A stretch of DNA of 64,000 nt, taken from assembly GCA_013239625.1 (NCBI GenBank), contig MU054187.1, positions 3,731,757 to 3,795,756 on the forward strand, written 5' to 3'. This document shows, one piece after another, positions 51,273 to 63,692 of the stretch; the first letter of the stretch is position 1; each line of letters starts with the position of its first letter. Position numbers and translations under genes: made by a program. The DNA is from Lama guanicoe. Lineage: Eukaryota. The notes under the pieces are model-generated. The model searched no databases and had not been told where the DNA came from. It saw only the letters and a list, made by a program, of their open reading frames with translations.

Positions 51273-52889
51273 CTAGGCAGAAGTGGGACAGACATTGCTT
51301 CACTGGGGATGTTACATTTTGATATTTATTTTTCCAGATCATCATTTTTTTCTCATTTTATTCAAGTGGTTTCTTTAAACCTAGATATTTTATCTTGTGC
51401 ATAGAAATTCAGCAATTTTAAAGTAACTTTATTATTGATTATATAAAAAAGAACACACATTGATTTGCCAGTTTTCCTTAAAGGATTTTAATTTTTTGTG
51501 CAGAGGTGACCTAATATTGCAGTGTGTTTTCCCTGTCTCCTCTTTCTGTGATGCCATTACCCTGTCTTGCTGGAGACAAATGCCAAGGGTGACATCAGGT
51601 TCTGTCTCCCTGAGTGCCTCTCAATGTCTTCCTTTGGATGGCAGTTGGGTCTCCCTCCAGCCTAGTGTGTGTGACAGCCTCTCTGTAGGTGACTCCTCTG
51701 TGACCATGTGCAGGAGCATATCCTCTCCCCCTGGGATGTGGCCAGGGCTGGACACCAAGACATTCCAAACACGGGTGTGTTTGATCTGCTGCCCAGAGGC
51801 CTCTGTGAGCCTGTGACCTCTGCCCAGAGGACCTTCCCAAATCTAGTTATTTTCTGTGGCTGATGTTTCTCTGGTGTTTCCACAGCTGCTGCTGCATCCT
51901 GAGGGCTTCCCTTCACCCTTCCCTTCTCAGCTGCCTACCTCACCTGCTTGCAGAGTCCAGAGTATACCACCTGCTCTATCCAGGGGAAAGTGTGCTTCAG
52001 GAGAGGCTACAGGGGCTGCTCTTCTCTCTTTTACCATTTCATCTTAAATTATGGCTTTGTAAGTGACATTGATAAAGCTGACCCAGGGGCAAACCATGAT
52101 TCATGTTCAAACAATGATTTTTTTTTTTTTGGCCCTGAACTGGATCTTTTGTTGCTGTTACAACAATTTGTTTTGTTTCCACAAAGGTAGCACTACCTGC
52201 CTTGACTTAATTTTCTCATTCCTGGTTTGTGCACTACTCTGTGCTGAGCCTTCCAGGTAATATGGTGGGGACATCTGAGGTGCGTGTTGCTCCTGACGTG
52301 GCTAAGTTGAACAGGCTATGAAAGGGAGGGTTACTGTTGCTGAGCTGATGTTGGGTTGAGCAATGAGAGACTCTCCACTTTGGAGAGAGGCACGATGTGG
52401 GCAAACATCCAGGAGATGGAAGAAGAACATCCCATTGGCTTGATGAGGGAATCAGCATGAGTAGGTGCTTAACCTCAGATGAACTTGGGGAAGGAATATG
52501 AGCCTAAGAAGGAGGGAGACTCTCTGGTGTAAGACATTCTTGAATATTTCAGAAAACCTAATGGTCACTGTCATCCCGTCCAAGAAGATCCTTGAGTCTT
52601 AGGGACCTCAGAGCTAAGAAGGGCTTTATCCAGGTAATGGGATTTAATTTTCACTGCAACTGAGAGTTTAGGAAAGCATTCTCATCCCATGTTATAGATG
52701 AGGAAACAGAGGTTCTGAGAAGTTAAGATTTTGCCAAAAGTCCCACAGCTTTTGAAGGGAATAACTGATTCACAGCCAATTTGGATTCCCACACAAAGGA
52801 GCAAAAGCTCTTTTCACCTGAATTTTCTGCTCTGTAGCTGAAATGATTATTGCTGTAACAGACAAATCTCACCTGTGTGAACATGCATG

Positions 52890-52911
52890 CACACACACAC
52901 ACACACACACA
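52890..52911. repeat. (CA)11 microsatellite
   Basis: Direct reading. Confidence 0.9.
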
Positions 52912-54742
52912 CGTTAAAAAATACTAATAACTGACTGGAACTGGATTATTGGGAATAAAGTGTGAGCCTGGTTATTCTAACAAAAATAATTTATTTGTGT
53001 GCTGGATTTCTACGGTGGAGATGAGAAGGTGACCTCAATCTAATTTGGGGGCATTTAATTACTGAAGTCCTTTAGAATGCTGGTATTGCCGTTCAACCCT
53101 CCTACAAATTTCAGGGAATTAGGTAAAGCCTCCAGTTTGTTGAAATTCTGGTAGAAGAGTCTAACGCTAGTATTTGGGTTTCTTGGGAGGCGATAAGTAA
53201 TTGAAATTAAACAGAAGAGCAGATAAAATAGTTGACTTAGAAGAATTCTATTTATAGGACTGTGGGAAAAGAAGACAAGGCTAAGATATATTCAAATGGG
53301 GAAAAGATCATTTTTGGTTAACATTTTTAGCCTGGTTTTCTACTAGACAGCAAGAAAATTGTAAACAAGAAGGAGAGACTGGTTGAGCGCGCTGGGGATT
53401 CCAGTGCTCTTGGTGGGAGGAGGAGGATGCGAAGGGTCTTTTCGCCGCTGACACGTTTGTTGGTCACTGTTGGGGGTGCCCCACCCCCGTGCCGGGTGGG
53501 TGGAGTGCTCCCTCCTCCTCAGTTTCCTCACTTGTAAACGGGATGATAATAATGATACTCTCCCACGTGGGCTGTGCTGTGTCGACTGAATGAGCTAGCA
53601 TGTGCATGAAGTGCTTGGAACAGCAGCTGCTGTAATACAGTGTTCTGTCGGGTTCTGTCTTCACCCAGTTTTGAGGTCCTGGCTAGAGGCCTGTCGCTTT
53701 CCCTTCTTGACCAGTTGACTAAGTTCGCACCCAAAGCATCTCCCTTGCTGGGTTCTCACACTGTAGGCTGCTGTACCTTTGTCTTAATTGCCTCAGGGCC
53801 AGGTGCCAGATGGCCAGGGACCTCCTCTGTGCTTCAGATCCTCCTGAAATGGTCAGTCCTAAGCCTGCTGGCCCTGCCTCACCTGTTCCTACTTGTAGAA
53901 ACCACAGGAAAGGCACTTGTCCTCATCCGCTCCTCTTCCCCACCTCCTGACCTGCCTGGCGTTTCTCTCGGTGGCCCTGTGTGGCATGGTGTGCTGTGTT
54001 CTCAGGGACCTGTGAGTCGAACAAACCCATGGCACTCTTCCTAGTTTCTCTCTCTTGATCTGTATGTTTGGCTTCACCACACCTCACCCAAGGCATATGG
54101 TTAAAACACCGCTCAGAATCTTGACTATTGTTGTTAGAGGACATGGTAACTACACAGTAGATAGCTGTTGTTATTAGTGCATCTATCCATACTTAGTGTG
54201 AAATTAGGGCGGATATAAGTAGGCTAAATCTAAGAGGAAGTTTAGTCTAGAAACATCCTAAATGCTTTTGCCCTGTCCTCCGTACTTTCCACCAGGATGA
54301 CAGTGGATGTACCTTGGAACCACACAATATAGACAGTTAAGTGCAAGCCGGACGTCTTCTTGAAGACCGTCTAGTCCAATCTTTCCATTTTACTGATAAA
54401 GACCTGGGCCCTAGAGAGGACAGGGAGCTAAGTGGAATTTGCCGAACCAATGAGCAGCAGAGCAAGGGTAAGTCCTCGTTTCCACTGACCTCTGAAGGCA
54501 AATGAGTCACAGAAAAGAGGGGTGGGCAACAACTCCAAAGGCTCATGCAGTTCCCATCGGTGTAGATCTCTTTCGTTTCCCTCTGCGGAGGCTACAAGGC
54601 CTGGTTTCGGACATGCAGAATCAAGCAAGAGGCACATAGAGATCTGGGAAGAAGTTTGTGACAAACGTCTCTAGTAAAAGCACCTGCTAGATGCAGTGTT
54701 TTTCTCGGGCACAGAAGCCAAGGAGAATACCAATCAGCTTAC

Positions 54743-55063
54743 CTGGTCAGCAACTCTGTAGATCTCTTGCCTGTTGCTGCAATCACACGTGTAGGCAAAT
54801 GCTTTCACACCCTCCTTCTCTTTGACCATTCTATATGTTTCCATGTTGCCTTCTTCATTAATGTCCCATAGAACTAAAATGGCTCCAAGACTGGCAAATT
54901 TTATGGCCATCAGCCTCCCGAGTCCACTTCCAGCTCCTGTTATAAGGACAGTCTCTCCAGCAACATCCTTCTTCTTCTTGGGAATTATCTTGTAAAATAC
55001 AGATTCTAAAAAATAGTATAGAAATTTCCCCAAAAATACGGAGGTGTCCCAAATCATATCCAT
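54743..55063 (-). CDS. SDR16C6: SDR16C6 coding exon 1 ([17 protein letters not shown]...TGAGSGLG...YRVADQ)
   Basis: ATG at 55063 (AACATGG). Acceptor cctttgttcag, exon starts at 55072. Donor CAG|gtaagc. 321 nt. Confidence 0.95.
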
Positions 55064-55970
55064 GTTGATCCACTGAACAAAGGAACGTCCTAATAAGGAA
55101 AAAGGTAACTGATAAATTCATTGAATTATCACAACAATTGCACACATAATGTAGTTGGTCCGAGGGAACTTCTTTTTGAAACATTAATTCTCGAAAATAC
55201 ATATTTCTGCAACAACCGCTACAATCAATGACTTCTTAAATTATGTAAATAATGGGTATGAAAATATTTTAAGTCAACAAGAATCTTTCCAACTTATAGG
55301 GCACTTTCCTAAATGTAATCTAATTTGACCTACAGATGGATCACAGATTACTAGGAGAGCTTCATAGTCAAAGGCATAAGGTCTTTGAGTATTGGCTTGC
55401 CCAATATTATGTGACTTGTAAATCAAGGCTTTTGATTCTCAGTCTGGTCATTTTTCTATTATGTGAACTCGATTAATGATCTCACATCTAATAAAAATTT
55501 GCTTTTCACTAGGAAGTTGTCCAGTAATATAGAAACAGTATTTATTGTAACACACATAAAGGCTTATTATATTCTCACCTGATCTTTAAAATATCCCTCT
55601 GAGAGAGTCAAATCAGGAACGATTCCTAGTTTACAGTGAGGACGAGACAAAAAAAGATTCGGTAGATTTATTCCAGGTCACATGGCCAGCGAATAAAATG
55701 GGAAACATCAGGAACACAGACAGGGGTCCCTGCATGTCCAGGCCTTTACCATTGGAACAGGCTTCTCCTGGAGCTAATATGTCTTTTTCTCAGACTCACC
55801 CAAAGTCAGCCAAGTGAGAAAAAGCAGAAAAGAAGAGACATTGGAGATGATAACAGAATGACCTCATACCCCTCTTTGGGAAATGGCACTAAGTTGTGCT
55901 CAGAGAAACTGACTTTCAGCAGCGGGAACCTAATATTTTCTCCTGAGTGGGCAAAGGACCCAGATCTTAC

Positions 55971-56045
55971 CTGCAGAAACACGGCACTCCAGCAGCGCAA
56001 GGGTCCTTCCAGGGGACGGAGCATCAGCGCTCAGGTCAGTGTAAT
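55971..56045 (-). other. SDR16C6: Candidate non-coding exon 1 of SDR16C6
   Basis: Consensus donor CAG|gtaaga at 55971/55970. CATAAA TATA-like box at 56078-56073, about 30 nt upstream of a TCATT initiator-like site near 56045. Inferred. Confidence 0.5.
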
Positions 56046-57179
56046 GAAGCCGTCTCTTAAGTGAGTTTTGGCTTTATGCGTTCTCCCACACTTTCTGCTG
56101 TCTCTATAGGCATCAGAAAAAGTAGCGTCACATGTGAGAATTTGTTTGCATTTCATCCATATTGGCATTTTGGCAGAGGGTGACATACACCTGAAACTTT
56201 CAACTCCCACGGCGGCCTGGAGGGAAGGCGTGTCCTGTGAAGGTACGTGTGTGTTTATCATGATTTGGAGGTGTCAGCCCTCCCGTGGGTGTCCTGGAAT
56301 CTTCTAGCTCAATTAGGAAAATTATCTCAACAACCTGATGATCAGGATACATTATTTTCCCCAAGTTTTTATTATGAAAAAATTTCCAACACTCGTAAAA
56401 CTGAAGCATAGGTAAGTGTTCCAAGAACCTACACGCAGACAGTTTTAACATTACTGTATTTGCTTTGTGTCCCCTCCGCTCTTTGGCTATCATTTCAATG
56501 TCAGTTGCAGATACGACCTTCAACTGCAAGTACCCAGCACTCATCGCCTAAGAAGGAAGCTATCCTATAAAATCATAGTATAATGATTATACCTCATAAA
56601 ATTAATGTTAACTCTGCAATGTCATCTAACGTTCATGTGTATTTAAATTTCCCCACTTGTCCCAAAGATCCACTTAAGTTTTATGCATTGCATTTCACTG
56701 TTATATGCATTCAATAACTTTCTTCCCAGGATAGCTCTCATCATCTCAGACGTTTTTGAAAAATATATATGTCACTGACTTTTTGAAACGTCTAGGCCAG
56801 GTGTCTTATAGAATGTCCTATAATTCTCTATTTGCCTGACTTTCCTCATGGTGTCATTTTACTTGACCTCCATCCCCTGTATGTGTTTTTGAACTCTAAG
56901 TTAGATTGAGAGCCTTGATTATGTTCAGATTAAACATTTTTGGCAAGAAAACATTCTGCGTACTGTTGAACACTTCCTACTGCAGCCTGCCGCAGTGTCT
57001 GGTGTCAAGCTGGTCCACGATCAGCGGTGCTAATTCAGTCCCCAGGAGAAAGTGGCACCGCAGGCTTTCCCCGCTGACAAGGCGTATTTCCTCTTTCCAG
57101 TTCCTGAGAGGGTGGTCTGTGGGGTGGCACCCAGGCACCTCTGGACTATATTGCTTCCCACAACCTTTTACCTAATGCC

Positions 57180-57870
57180 TTTTAAAAATACGTAGATCTT
57201 AATTTTTAGAGCAGTTTTAGGTTCATACCAAAATTGAGCAGAAGACAGTTTCCACAGACTCCTGCACACCACGTCCCCCGCTGTCAACATTTGCAGCACA
57301 TGGTGCGTGTGTCACACCTGCTGCGCCTACCCTGACATGTCATGTCAAGTTCATAGTTTACGTTAGGGTTCATTCTATTTTGGGGTTTTGACAGATGTGT
57401 AATGACAAGTATCCACTATTAACAGTACCATCCAGAGCAGTTTTTCTGTCCTAAAAATCCTCTGTGTTCCACCTGTTCAGCCCTCCCTCCTCCAACTCCT
57501 GGTGGCCCCTGGTCTTGTTACTGTGTTCGTAGCTTTGCCTTTTCCAGAATGTTGTAGAGTAGGGATCATGTCATAGTCTGTGGTCTTTTTGGATTGGCTT
57601 CTTTTACTTAGTAACATGTATTTGTTTCCTCCTGTTTTTAATGGCTTGAGAGCACATTTCTCTTTATTGCTGAATAGTATTCCAGTGTCTGGATGTACCA
57701 CAGTCTATTTATCCATTCACGCACTGAAGGACATCTTACTTGCATCTTAGTTGGCAAATATGAGTGAAACTGCTAAAAACATCTGTGTGTAGGATTTTTT
57801 TTGTTTGTGTGTGTGGACATAGAAGTTTTCAACTCCTCTCAGTAAATACCAAGGAGCGATGGTCTGCTGG
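57180..57870 (-). mobile_element. L1MB-type 3' end
   Basis: tttttagagcagttttaggttcatacc...ttattgctgaatagtattccagtgtctggatgtaccacagt. Confidence 0.75.
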
Positions 57871-58199
57871 ATTAGTGAAATGAGTATCTCGTTACTTCAT
57901 TAGACAGTTACATTTTTCCATTTATGAATAGTTTAAATACACCAAATATATCTAATATTGACATCATTTTTGTATGAGTAAATAATTGTTAAGTGTTAGA
58001 GAATGATGATTTTTTAATTCCGTCATTCCTTCTACATCGTTAGCTAGCTTTCTTCCATCAAGATCTGTCTTTACTTGGTTTCCCTAAAATACAGTGCCTC
58101 CTGGGAATGCTTACCTATTTCTCTTTAGTTACCGATTTTCTAAGTAAGGAGTTGGTTTATTAGATGCCTCATAAAGAGGCTGTTTTGGAGTTCTTGCTT

Positions 58200-59170
58200 T
58201 TTCTTGACTGAACTTTTTATTGAGATAATGGTAGATTCACATGCACTTGATACAAATAATACTGAGAGTTTCCTGTGTACCCTTTACTGAGTTTCTTACA
58301 GTGTAAACTACAGTACAGTAACATAACTGAGATACTGACATTAATGCAATATACCTCATCTTACTCAGATTCCCCTAATTTTGTTTGTGCTCATTTGTGT
58401 GTGTGCTTGTGTATTTAGTTTTATACAGTTTTCTCACATGTATTTACACCACAGCCAAGACACTCACTACAAGGATCCCTTGAATTGCCCTCTTGTGTAC
58501 ACACTCCCCACAACCCCACTCTGTCAGTGTGGCAATATCATGTACACATACATGCTGTATGCGGAGAGAGCTGATGGCTACTCTGTTTATTGATTTTTAT
58601 AAAAGGGTTTATATAGGACATGCATGATGCCTCACATACCATCTAAGTTGTAACAATGTTAATAATCTTAAGCCATTTAGGTTCCCAGGCTCCTGCAGTA
58701 AGCACAGGATGTTACATGATCAAGGACAGATTGTTTTAAAGTTCGTCACAAAACTTCATTAAGTAGACCATCTCTGATCCAGCTGGCCGTGCCTGTCTTA
58801 GGTTGTCCTCCTCTGAGGATCTTACCCGTCACTGGCTCTCCAGCCGTCCACACTGGACACATTACATAGGCCATCTCTGATCCAGCTGGCTACGTGACAT
58901 TTCTCACAGCTTGTTTATCAGTTTAGCCCATGGGTTATTCTCTAGAGCCTTCAGGTGGGGGCCTACACACACCCCGTCATCTCTTCCCGACCCCTACCCT
59001 AGCCAGTCACAAACCTGTTCTCCATTTTTAGAATGCTGTCATTTCAAAAATGTCGTATCAAGGAAGTCATACGGTATGTGACTTTTGGGGACTGTGTCTT
59101 TTTTCTAACTCAGCGTAATTACCTAGTGCTTCATCCAAGTTGTCACATGTATCAATAATTCACATTCTCT
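58200..59170 (-). mobile_element. L1MC-type 3' fragment interrupted by an LTR
   Basis: tttattgagataatggtagattcacatgc at the left; ctgttctccattttta...gtcatttcaaaaatgt resumes after the LTR. Confidence 0.6.
58522..58969 (-). mobile_element. Probable ERV solo LTR (about 450 bp)
   Basis: TG...CA ends. Minus-strand TATATAAAA (58615-58607) followed by AATAAA (58591-58586). 20-bp direct repeat in the putative U3. Possible 5-bp TSD cactc/caccc. Confidence 0.6.
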
Positions 59171-59329
59171 TATTTTGGGGGATTATTTGGAATGCATACC
59201 TTTTCATTGATTAAATGCACTTAAATTAACTAAACTCATTATTATTTTTGGTGCTGAAGCTGTCATAATTTTGATATGTGGAATCACCTTCCAACTGGTG
59301 CCTGAACATTTTTTATACAGTCCTTTCAT

Positions 59330-59985
59330 TTTAAAATAATCAGTTTATTTATTAAATTACACCATTATTACCAAAAAGTGCATGTCATAAATGTACGGTT
59401 CAGTGGAACTTCAGAAACGAAGCAAAGTTGAGATCAGGAGAATGAAAATGACTGGCCCTCCAAAATCCTTTGTGCGCCCCCTCCCAGTCACTATTCCCTC
59501 CCCACAACTGGCCTGACACCACAGATTAATTTTGGCTGTTTTGGGACTTGATGTAAATGGAATTTCACAGCATGTGTTTTTGTTGTTGCTCAGCATTGTG
59601 TTCATGAAGTTCATGTTGTTGCATGTAGTGGTTGTCTGTTCATTTTCATTGCAGTGTAATATTCAGTTGGGTTAATGTACCATTGTGCTACCGATGGACA
59701 CTTCAGTTACTACCAGGTTTGGATACTGCAAACAATACTATGAACATTCTTATATGCATCTTTTGGTGCACATAAATATAAATTTCTGTTGGATAAAAAC
59801 CAGGAATGGAACTGCTAGATCAAAGAGCATGTATATCTTTGGGTTTAGGAAATAGTACCAAAGAGTTTTAGAAGGAGATTGTACCCATTTAGACATTTGT
59901 CAGCAGTGGATGAGAGTTCCAGCTGCCCCGTATCCTGACAACCACTTGGCATTGTCTGTCTTTTAAAATTTAGCCGTTCTGGTAA
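59330..59985 (-). mobile_element. Old L1M 3' fragment
   Basis: tactatgaacattcttatatgcatc...ccaggaatggaactgctagatcaaagagc...cagcagtggatgagagttcc. Confidence 0.6.
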
Positions 59986-59989
59986 ATAC

Positions 59990-60915
59990 AGGCAGTCCTA
60001 TCTTTGTAGAGTTCTGATACTCATGACTTTTAGCTACCACAGTTTAGTTACACCAGTCCCCCAGAAACATTGTTCTAATTTCAGTTACCGTGGGATATCA
60101 ACTGCATAAAGCAGACTTGGCTGCTGGCTTTTTAGTGTGAAAATGGTTACATAAATAACAGGTGCACATCGTGATCTGTGACTGATCCTGCCTCTTCTTT
60201 CATAGTCTGTTGGAGACGGGTCACTGTGCATCTAGGATTCAGTTCCCCTGTAGGCAGCAAAGTGTGTTGTTGTGTCACCTCCTTGTCTCCCAGTGATAAA
60301 CCCACATGATTTTTTATATAAAAAGATAATTGACAGAGAGAATTGTCTAAAAAGGATTACAGTACAGCAAAGGAATGAAAACTGATAACCTCAAAATAAA
60401 TTTTGATGTGATTAGAAGATTTGAAAATGATGAGAGTAAAGTGAAGATAGGATGGACTGAGGCCTTTGTGGAGCTTGGTGCAAACCGTATTGAAATGGTC
60501 TATGAATATAAAGACAAGGTAGAGAGCCTCTTTCAGCTTAAATTGCACTGTGGGTAGAAGGCTGCATATGATTGCAATGGAGTGTTTACTTCTACCTTGG
60601 ATTGAAGACTGCAGAAAGGAAAAAGTCAACCATTTTGGCCAGCAGGCAAGTCAAAGTGTTGAAGTTAGTTGCCACATTGAAAGAAAACAGTGATTACAGG
60701 GAGATGGAAGGAGACCCTTTATGCCAGCATGGGCTGGTTTCATCCTTTCAGCAATTGGCATGAGTCGACAAATGTGATTGATCTAGTGACCCTGCTAATG
60801 CAGATTAGGATGCTGCTGTGAAATGTGTACCCACGTTCTAAGAGTTAGTTAAGGCAGGTGGTAATGATGATCATCAGATATTTGTTGTTGATCAGACAAG
60901 TCTTTGTTGGAAGGG
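59990..60915 (+). mobile_element. Tigger (TcMar) element with transposase remnants
   Basis: Starts ta-caggcagtcc. Encodes FDVIRRFENDESKVKIG (psq-type HTH-like) and GGNDDHQIFVVDQTSLCWK (resembles QIFNVDETGLFWK at the DDE start). Frame broken. Confidence 0.7.
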
Positions 60916-62090
60916 ATAGTGGGTTGAAGGGTGATTCCAAAGAGATGTCCATGCTCTCTCTAATCCCCGGAGTCTTTGAATATTAATGTCACAAAAGATG
61001 TGACTAAATAGAGAGAATAATGCTAGGGTGAGATTATCCTATACATACCTGGCTGGGCCCCAGATGCAATCATATGCATGCTTACAAAAGACAGAGAGAG
61101 TTTTGAGACAGACGTGCAGAGGAGGACAGACAGACACGCAGAGAAGAGGCTGAGATAAGGAGGTAATGTGGCCTCAACAGCAGAGATTGGAGTGATGTGG
61201 CCGCAAGGTAAGGACTGCTTGGAGCCAGCAGACCTTTATATGAATCCAGCATAACTGCATGAAAGCAGTCATCAGTCGAACAGGTAAGATCTCCTTTGCT
61301 GATGCTTCTACCTGCTGGCTTGCTTCTCTCCTCGGTAAGTGGAGAACCGTTTTTTTTTAGCATTCCTTTGTGTTTGGTGGGAATCCTTTGATTTTGCTGT
61401 GGGCTCGGGATGCAAGCCGCCTCCTGATACCCGGCACTTGGGCCTGCATGGAAGAGTGATGGATAAGACTGCACTGATGGACACGAACGTGTGGGCTGTT
61501 GAGGGCTGGGCTGGGGCGGGCTGTAAGGCTGTCGGCATGATTGACGCCTTCTTGGGCCTTCAGTTTTTCCTGTCTTTCTGTTGACCCTACCCAGGACTGA
61601 ACTGTGGAGTAAATCACTTCCCTGTCATCAAAGGCTTTGTAATAGGTATTGTTCAATAATCATTAGGACCAGGTGGCTTCTGTTAGTTCCCAAACAATGA
61701 TGAAAACCTTCCTTGATGTATTCCCGGCGCCCACAAGACTCGTTACCTGTTCATATGAAGTCTTGGCTTCAGAACGCATGTCCTGTTTCTAAGCACTACC
61801 CCCACACCCTAGGTTAACTATAAAATTGTCCCGGTGGCCCCCCCAGTGATGTGGAGTGCAGCTGTGAAAGCTTCTAGATGGTTGTCCACCTGATCCCACC
61901 CTGTGAGTAAGTTACCCTGTAAGAAACAGATGCATTGATCACCCAGAGCTCCCTGCCTCATTTTTTGGTCTCAAGATGCCTTCCCAGTTCAGTGGGCGCT
62001 TTTCGTTCCCTCCTTCCTCCAACGGAGAGAGTATATTTCTGTGTGTTAAGCCACCCTGTTAGTAATAATTTATACTGGCATCCTAGGATG
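60915..62090 (+). mobile_element. MLT1E-like MaLR LTR split by unrelated sequence and a partial ERV LTR
   Basis: 5' part to about 61233 (gcagagattggagtgatgtggccgcaag); 3' part resumes near 62024 (tatttctgtgtgttaagccac). LTR-like R/U5 with TATAAAA at about 61818-62022. Confidence 0.55.
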
Positions 62091-62099
62091 AAGGCAAGT

Positions 62100-62305
62100 C
62101 AGGTGGGCAGAATAATGGCCCCACAAGGGGCCCACACTCTTCCCGAGCACCTCTGTGTTGTACGGCAAAGGGGAATTAAGGCTGTAGACGGAATTGAGGG
62201 GCTGATCAGCTGGCCTTCTAATGGACAGATTATTCTAGGTTAGCTGGGAGGGCCCAGTGTTATCACAAGGGTCCTTAAATGTGGACAGGGGAGACAGGAG
62301 AATCG
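62100..62305 (+). mobile_element. MLT1D-like LTR 5' fragment
   Basis: ggcagaataatggcccc...ggcaaaggggaattaagg...gggcccagtgttatcacaagggtcctta. Confidence 0.65.
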
Positions 62306-63581
62306 GGAAATGTAAACATTCTTTCAGTTCCTTCTCATCTGCAGCAAATATTCCACTGTGACATAAACATAAAGCACTATGTTCTGAAGTCAGCTGGGAC
62401 CAACTTTTCCTGTGTGGTTTGGGTTATCAGTTTGATATACAGACAGGTTCATTTGTTTCAAGTTGTTTGAAAGTAAGCATGTTTTGAAAAAATTTGTTTT
62501 TATTTATTGTTTGGAGTATGTAGTTTATCCTCATTATTCAGAAGATAAAATTATACAGAAAGGTCCTGAGTCCACTGAAGCTATGCCTACTCCCACCCGA
62601 TTTTTCTTTGCTTTCTGTCTTACACACACACACACACGTATACGTATGTGTATACACACACATCTATACGTATACATAGAATTTTAAAAATTATTTTCTC
62701 TTTCTTGTGCTTATTTTTACAAATACTAACACTTGTGTTCCCACGTGTGTATCTGTATGTTCTTATTCCTAGTTCGCACTTGTTCCGCACACGGAGATAA
62801 CACTGTGTATATTGTTTGGTGCTTTGATTTTTTTTCCCTTAGAAATACATCCCAGTGATGCTTTCATAGTAGCACATAGAGCCCTCGGTCTTCTTCTGTT
62901 CCTTTGTTTGTTTCTCACCCCTGCATAGTGTTCCACAGTGTGGATCGCTTCCTAACTTGCTATTTCAAACAATGTTGAAACCAAGAGCTCTGAATAAACT
63001 TCACTTTACACTTTTGCAGGTGTGCCTGTAGGATGGATTGCTAGATGTGGGCTTGATGGATCAAAGAGTAAATGCATTTAGCAATGTCAGATTTGCCAAA
63101 CTCTTGCTTCTAGGTTTGTTCTCTTTCTGTTCCCATGTCTGAAGGCGCTGCTACCCGGTGTGGCCAATAGTCTGCGTTGTTAACTTCTGGGAGTTTAAAA
63201 AAATCTGACAAATGAAAACTAGGGTTTGGGAGTACTTTCTTTGTCAGTTGGGTATTTTTTCATTTGTTTAAGGGCCATTTATAATTCTTTTTTGTGAATT
63301 GTTATTTATGCTCTTCACCTGTTTTTCTGTTGGTTTTTCTTCCTGATTCCTACTAACATTTATTTATATATATATTAGTCAGATGAACCCTTTAACTATG
63401 ACAAGTGTCCTAAGTATTGTTTTCTCAGTTCGCTTTTTGTCCCTTGATTATTTATGATTTTGCGGGGGCCATGCATAGTTTTAAAAAAGTAGTTGAGTTT
63501 ATCAATATTTCCTTTTATGATTTCTGAGTTTTGAGTCATAGAAAGTCCTACCACAGTCCAACTTTAAAAGTAAAGGAATTC

Positions 63582-63692
63582 TGTGGCAATGAATATACAT
63601 ATGTTCATGTATAACAAAAATTGTATGCTACACTGGAATTTGACACAACATTGTAAAATGTCTATAAATCGATAAAAAATGTTAAAAAATAC
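63582..63692 (+). mobile_element. Young 5'-truncated L1 3' end with perfect 14-bp TSD
   Basis: aagtaaaggaattc at 63568-63581 and 63693-63706; TT/AAAA endonuclease-type target. Confidence 0.85.

Larger units (their letters stand above)
39626..55063 (-). other. SDR16C6: SDR16C6 (RDHE2-similar) coding span, 6 coding exons, 316 aa, intact
   Basis: Exons of 321+132+100+145+126+127 = 951 nt, with no internal stop or frameshift. Same intron positions as SDR16C5. Lies upstream of SDR16C5 on the same strand, as in the mammalian PENK-SDR16C6-SDR16C5-CHCHD7-PLAG1 block. Confidence 0.92.

Noticed and set aside
61357..61656. ORF containing an ITIM-like VIYSTV
   Set aside because: Non-ATG start, and a six-residue motif is easily random; there is no receptor context.
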